From Bdellovibrionota bacterium (GTDB lineage Bacteria; Bdellovibrionota_C; UBA2361; CALJRW01), in NCBI GenBank assembly GCA_041740355.1, contig JBGSMD010000005.1:1-64000 (forward strand): a stretch of 64,000 bases of DNA, written 5' to 3'. Below the pieces are notes generated by a model. It did no database searches and had not been told where the DNA came from. It saw only the letters and a program-made list of their open reading frames with translations. Below, one piece after another: positions 60,551-64,000 of this stretch. The position numbers and the translations under genes are program-made. Each line of letters begins with the position of its first letter. Within the stretch, counting starts at the first letter, position 1.

Positions 60551-60772
60551 ATCCTCCGTAGATGAAAATTGCGGAGGTTGGGCGGAGTCTTAAGTCAAGT
60601 TACGCCGTAGAAGACAAAACCAATAATCAGAGCTGATTTGCCCAGGGTTTGGTATTGTTTCTAGGGCAAGATATGCCTTCCTCTCCGCTAAAGCTATGGC
60701 AGGCAAGTCAACATGATTTTGCTCACACATCTTTTTTCTTTTTTTATCAGAAATGAAAAGTAAAAAGCATAA
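60551..60772 (+). repeat. Family D copy 3 (B unit at 60679-60707)
   Basis: CAAGTTACGCCGTAGAAGACAAAACCAATA...AGGGTTTGGTATTG aligns to the reverse complement of 57246-57446. Confidence 0.85.
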
Positions 60773-60900
60773 AATCTTTACTTTTGATAGTAGAGCTAAA
60801 AATGAGTAAACTTAGTTATAACAGCTTTACTTTTGGCTTTAAGTGATAACTCAATGTTTTTCTCTGTTTACAGAATTGATTACTTAGGCTAATACTGTCG

Positions 60901-61060
60901 CAAGACCTCTGCACAACTTCAATTCATTGTGCCACTAGCGTTTTAAAATTATAATTTGTTGTATTTCGAGACTCCTGTTCTAGGGCTCAAGATATTACCA
61001 TTTTTTTTATTTAAAGTTTGCTAGGTAGCTCATTTTCGATTGAGCTGTGCAGAGGTCTTG
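60901..61060. mobile_element. MITE-like 160-bp palindromic element
   Basis: Perfect 15-bp terminal IR CAAGACCTCTGCACA/TGTGCAGAGGTCTTG, with imperfect pairing continuing inward. Confidence 0.75.
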
Positions 61061-61197
61061 TTTAATTAAGTTCAAAAAGCAAGAGAAGTAAGTAAGGCCT
61101 GTTGCCAAAGCTTTTGTCATAGCCCCATAAGATTATTTAAGTTTTTTTGATAATCTCTTCATATACTTTTGCTATTTATTTTTTGGAGATTGGTAAA

Positions 61198-61635
61198 ATG
61201 TCTTTAACTAAGATTTTTAAATTGTTGATTATTGTTTCTTTAGTTGTAACTACTGCTTGTAGTTCAAAAAAAGGTGATGCAAACGTTCCTTTCGGTAGCG
61301 AAGATGGACCTTTGTCTGATGTTAATTTTACGTACGATTCTTACTCGATTGATGCAGTTGCTAAGTCTAAGATCGATGGTAACGTTACATGGTTAAATTC
61401 TAATGAGTATTCTAAAGTTACTGTAGAAGGTCATTGTGATGAGCGTGGAACTAATGAGTATAATATGGCTCTTGGTTTGAAACGTGCTCGTGCAGCTTAT
61501 GATGAGTTAGTTGGTGCTGGTGTACCTGCTGATAAGTTAAGCATTGTTAGTTATGGCGAAGAACTTCCAAAAGATCCTTCTTCTTCAGAAGATGCTTATG
61601 CTAAAAACAGACGCGTTCATTTCAACGTTAAGTAA
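61198..61635 (+). CDS. pal: Peptidoglycan-associated lipoprotein
   Basis: Lipobox TTAC, EGHCDERGTNEYNMALG, SYGEE.P, KNRR; ATG 61198. Confidence 0.95.
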   Translation: MSLTKIFKLLIIVSLVVTTACSSKKGDANVPFGSEDGPLSDVNFTYDSYSIDAVAKSKIDGNVTWLNSNEYSKVTVEGHCDERGTNEYNMALGLKRARAAYDELVGAGVPADKLSIVSYGEELPKDPSSSEDAYAKNRRVHFNVK

Positions 61636-61648
61636 TTAGTACATTAAA

Positions 61649-61676
61649 CTAGGTGCTAGATAATTCTAGCACCTAG
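61649..61676 (+). terminator. Perfect 12-bp hairpin after pal
   Basis: CTAGGTGCTAGA-TAAT-TCTAGCACCTAG; pyrimidine-rich but not poly-U tail. Confidence 0.55.
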
Positions 61677-61782
61677 ACCTTCCTTATTCCTTCCCACATA
61701 TTGCTAGTCAAATTTTTCTCTCTTAGGTATTCAAATAAGATTGAGTTGCCAATAACTTAAAAATAATTTTATAATATAGCAT

Positions 61783-61921
61783 ATCCAAAAAGTAATTTAA
61801 GTTCGGAATTACTTTTGGGGGCTTACTCTCCCCCTCCAGGGATAATAAAAGCATATAGTTATGTTAAAAACACAATACTTACTTTTAAACATTCGTAAAT
61901 TTGTTTTTGTCATAAGTATAT
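61783..61921 (+). repeat. Family A copy 4
   Basis: TCCAAAAAGTAATT..AATTACTTTTGGGG..CAGGGATAATAAAAGCATATAGTTATG..TTTTTGTCATAAGTATA; direct copy of 1-140. Confidence 0.85.
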
Positions 61922-62007
61922 AACTTCTAGTCTGATTGGATTATTTCTTGCCAAAATTAGATTTGAGATCCTTGTCAGTTAATTTATTTTTTCTTTGACT
62001 ATAATAT

Positions 62008-62781
62008 ATGTTCTTTCGTGCACTCCCTATTTGTCTATTGCTAGTTGCTTGCACTAGTCAATCACCAAATTTAAACGATGGTCGACTTGCGACTATTAAC
62101 GATCAAGTTATGGTGCAAACAGATCGGATTGTAGAACTGGAAAGGATGATCACAGAACTAAATCAACGAGTTGAAAAAATTGAATTTATCTATCTTGAAA
62201 AAAGAGATCAAATTGTGGCAGAGAAGCAGTCAGTAGAGGCTACACCAATGATTATAAATCCTGTTATTGATACACCTCAGATGCAACAGGGAAGTGTTAC
62301 TGATTCTCCACATCTTAATACTAAAATTGCTAATCGCACCTCTGGTATCGTACCAATCACAATTATGGAAGAAGATCGTGCTAGTCTTAATACATTAGAT
62401 GTTAATAGCATTGAATCAAAAAACTTTGAATTTGCATTTGCTCACTTAGAGCAAAATCAATTTGCTAATGCTTGGCGAGCGCTAGAAGAATTATCTTCCG
62501 TTAACTTAAGCAACACTTGGAAAGCTAAATTATTATTTTGGAAAGCAATTTGTTTCGAGGCGATGAGAGAAGAGAAAAAAGCTATTAGCCTCTACAATGA
62601 ACTCCAAGCAAATTATCACAAAGAGGAAAGAGCACCAGTTGCATTGCTCCGACAAGCCTCATTATTTTTACGATTAAATGAAAAAGACCTCAGTAAGCTT
62701 ACCTTACAAAAATTGGTCAAAGAATATCCTCGTAGTAAAGAAGCTGTTCAAGCTCAAGCACGTTTAAAAGAGATGAGATAG
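62008..62781 (+). CDS. cpoB: Cell division coordinator CpoB/YbgF-like lipoprotein
   Basis: Lipobox LVAC, coiled coil, C-terminal TPR (LVKEYPRSKEA); follows pal. Confidence 0.8.
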   Translation: MFFRALPICLLLVACTSQSPNLNDGRLATINDQVMVQTDRIVELERMITELNQRVEKIEFIYLEKRDQIVAEKQSVEATPMIINPVIDTPQMQQGSVTDSPHLNTKIANRTSGIVPITIMEEDRASLNTLDVNSIESKNFEFAFAHLEQNQFANAWRALEELSSVNLSNTWKAKLLFWKAICFEAMREEKKAISLYNELQANYHKEERAPVALLRQASLFLRLNEKDLSKLTLQKLVKEYPRSKEAVQAQARLKEMR

Positions 62782-62785
62782 GCTA

Positions 62786-63712
62786 GTGACCAAGCTAATT
62801 CGGGGATTTAAGGCACTCCCAGGTTGTCCGGCAGTCGTCGCTACGATTGGAAAATTTGAGGGGCTTCATCTAGGACATCAACAAATTTTAAAGGAATTAG
62901 CTAATGCCAAGAGTAAATCTGGATGTAAGTCGTTAGTTATTTCTTTTTATTCTAATCCAGCATGTTATTTTAATCCCAATTTACCAAGAAAGAAAATCAT
63001 TAGCCTTAGAGAGCAGTTAATAATACTTCGTAAATTTTCCGTGGATTACTTATTGTTATTAAAATTTAACAATAAGTTGGTAAATATCAGTGCCGATGAA
63101 TTTGTTGAAAAATTTTTGTTTGATAAATTAAAGATCCAAGAGTTGATTGTTGGACATGATGCGGTCCTGGGAAAAGACCGTGTTGGTAATATTGATTTTC
63201 TAAAGAAAAAATTTGCTGAAAAGTCTAAAAGACTAACAGTATGTAGTTTTACAGAAGACGAAGGTGTTAAAATATCATCTAGCTTACTCAGAACTGCAAT
63301 CCTTGATGGAGATTTAGAATTATATAGAACTTTAACAGGACGAAATTATTCACTTACTGGGCTAGTCATGTCTGGTCAGAAATTAGGTAGAACCCTTGGC
63401 TTTCCAACCGCCAATTTAAAGTATTCTAAGTTACTGCTTTTGCCGACAGGGGTTTATGCCACAAGAGCTTACCTCCAGGGTAAGGAGTATTTAGCAATTA
63501 CTAATATAGGGTATCGCCCAACAGTTGTTCTGCAGGCACTTCATCCACAGATTGAAACCTATCTGATTGATTATCATGGTCCTGAGTTTTATGGAGAATC
63601 ACTGAGATTGGAATTCGATAGTTATATCCGCGCGGAACATAAGTTTGCCAACCTACAGGCCCTGACAGATCAAATTAAAGTGGATCTTGAAACTAGGCTT
63701 AAACTCAGCTAG
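62786..63712 (+). CDS. ribF: Bifunctional riboflavin kinase/FAD synthetase
   Basis: IG.FEGLHLGHQ, ISSS..R, GRTLGFPTAN, GVY, NIGYRPT, IR.E.KF. Confidence 0.94.
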   Translation: MTKLIRGFKALPGCPAVVATIGKFEGLHLGHQQILKELANAKSKSGCKSLVISFYSNPACYFNPNLPRKKIISLREQLIILRKFSVDYLLLLKFNNKLVNISADEFVEKFLFDKLKIQELIVGHDAVLGKDRVGNIDFLKKKFAEKSKRLTVCSFTEDEGVKISSSLLRTAILDGDLELYRTLTGRNYSLTGLVMSGQKLGRTLGFPTANLKYSKLLLLPTGVYATRAYLQGKEYLAITNIGYRPTVVLQALHPQIETYLIDYHGPEFYGESLRLEFDSYIRAEHKFANLQALTDQIKVDLETRLKLS

Positions 63713-63775
63713 ATTGATCGTTAGAAATTTTTTTAAGCAAATAACAGATTTGTTCCGAATTTTTAGTACATTTTC

Positions 63776-64000
63776 ATGGAAAGCAATATTATCAGTAACG
63801 AATTTGGCCCAAATCAGGGTTATATCAATGAACTGTTTACCTTGTATCAGATTGACCCAGAATTAGTTTCTGCTGAATGGCGAAAGTATTTTGCAAGATA
63901 TCAATCAATCCAAACTACGGAGATACAAGCCAGAGTAAATTTAAATCAAACCGAAGACTGGAGATTGCAAGAATCAGTTTTTCGTTACGTTGATGCCTTT
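63776..64000 (+). CDS. sucA: 2-oxoglutarate dehydrogenase E1, N-terminal fragment (runs off window)
   Basis: My translation MESNIISNEFGPNQGYINELFTLYQIDPELVSAEWRKYF...VFRYVDAF matches the SucA N-terminal pattern (N..YI..L...Y..DP..V...WR.YF). Confidence 0.8.
   Translation, partial: MESNIISNEFGPNQGYINELFTLYQIDPELVSAEWRKYFARYQSIQTTEIQARVNLNQTEDWRLQESVFRYVDAF

Noticed and set aside
62840-62885. RibF FEG instead of FDG as a sign of inactivation
   Set aside because: Conservative change with HxGH intact; not enough evidence

Overview
AT-rich chromosomal window from a Gram-negative bacterium. It carries a complete tol-pal cluster, lgt and a type IV pilin; a Bdellovibrionota/deltaproteobacteria-like host is my inference only. 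Gene content is mostly housekeeping or metabolic: an alpha-glucan cluster (GDE-like, GH63, GT4, GH57), a trp operon split into trpEGDC and trpFBA by about 14 kb of other genes, kup, ABC-F, pepP, rpmE, lgt, argJ, nadK, a Ser/Thr kinase, recN, mdh-sdhCAB-sucCD, tpiA, gap, tolQRAB-pal-cpoB, ribF and the start of sucA. I found no rRNA, tRNA, CRISPR array, integrase or transposase. The unusual signal is intergenic. At least six families of short palindromic or MITE-like elements fill the spacers and nest inside each other. A 210-bp element sits in family A with a target-site duplication. A 30-bp unit (TCCACCTTCGCTAAAGCTACGGCGGACAAG) is found inside itself and inside hairpin loops of two other families, with empty sites visible in the same window. 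Also present: an unannotated Trp-Trp leader peptide and attenuator whose terminator overlaps one of these repeats, a coupled zinc-peptidase plus non-canonical ATP-grasp ligase pair, a gene frameshifted in a T9 tract, and a pilin with decayed paralog fragments. All alignments and structures were read by eye; no database search or folding calculation was run.
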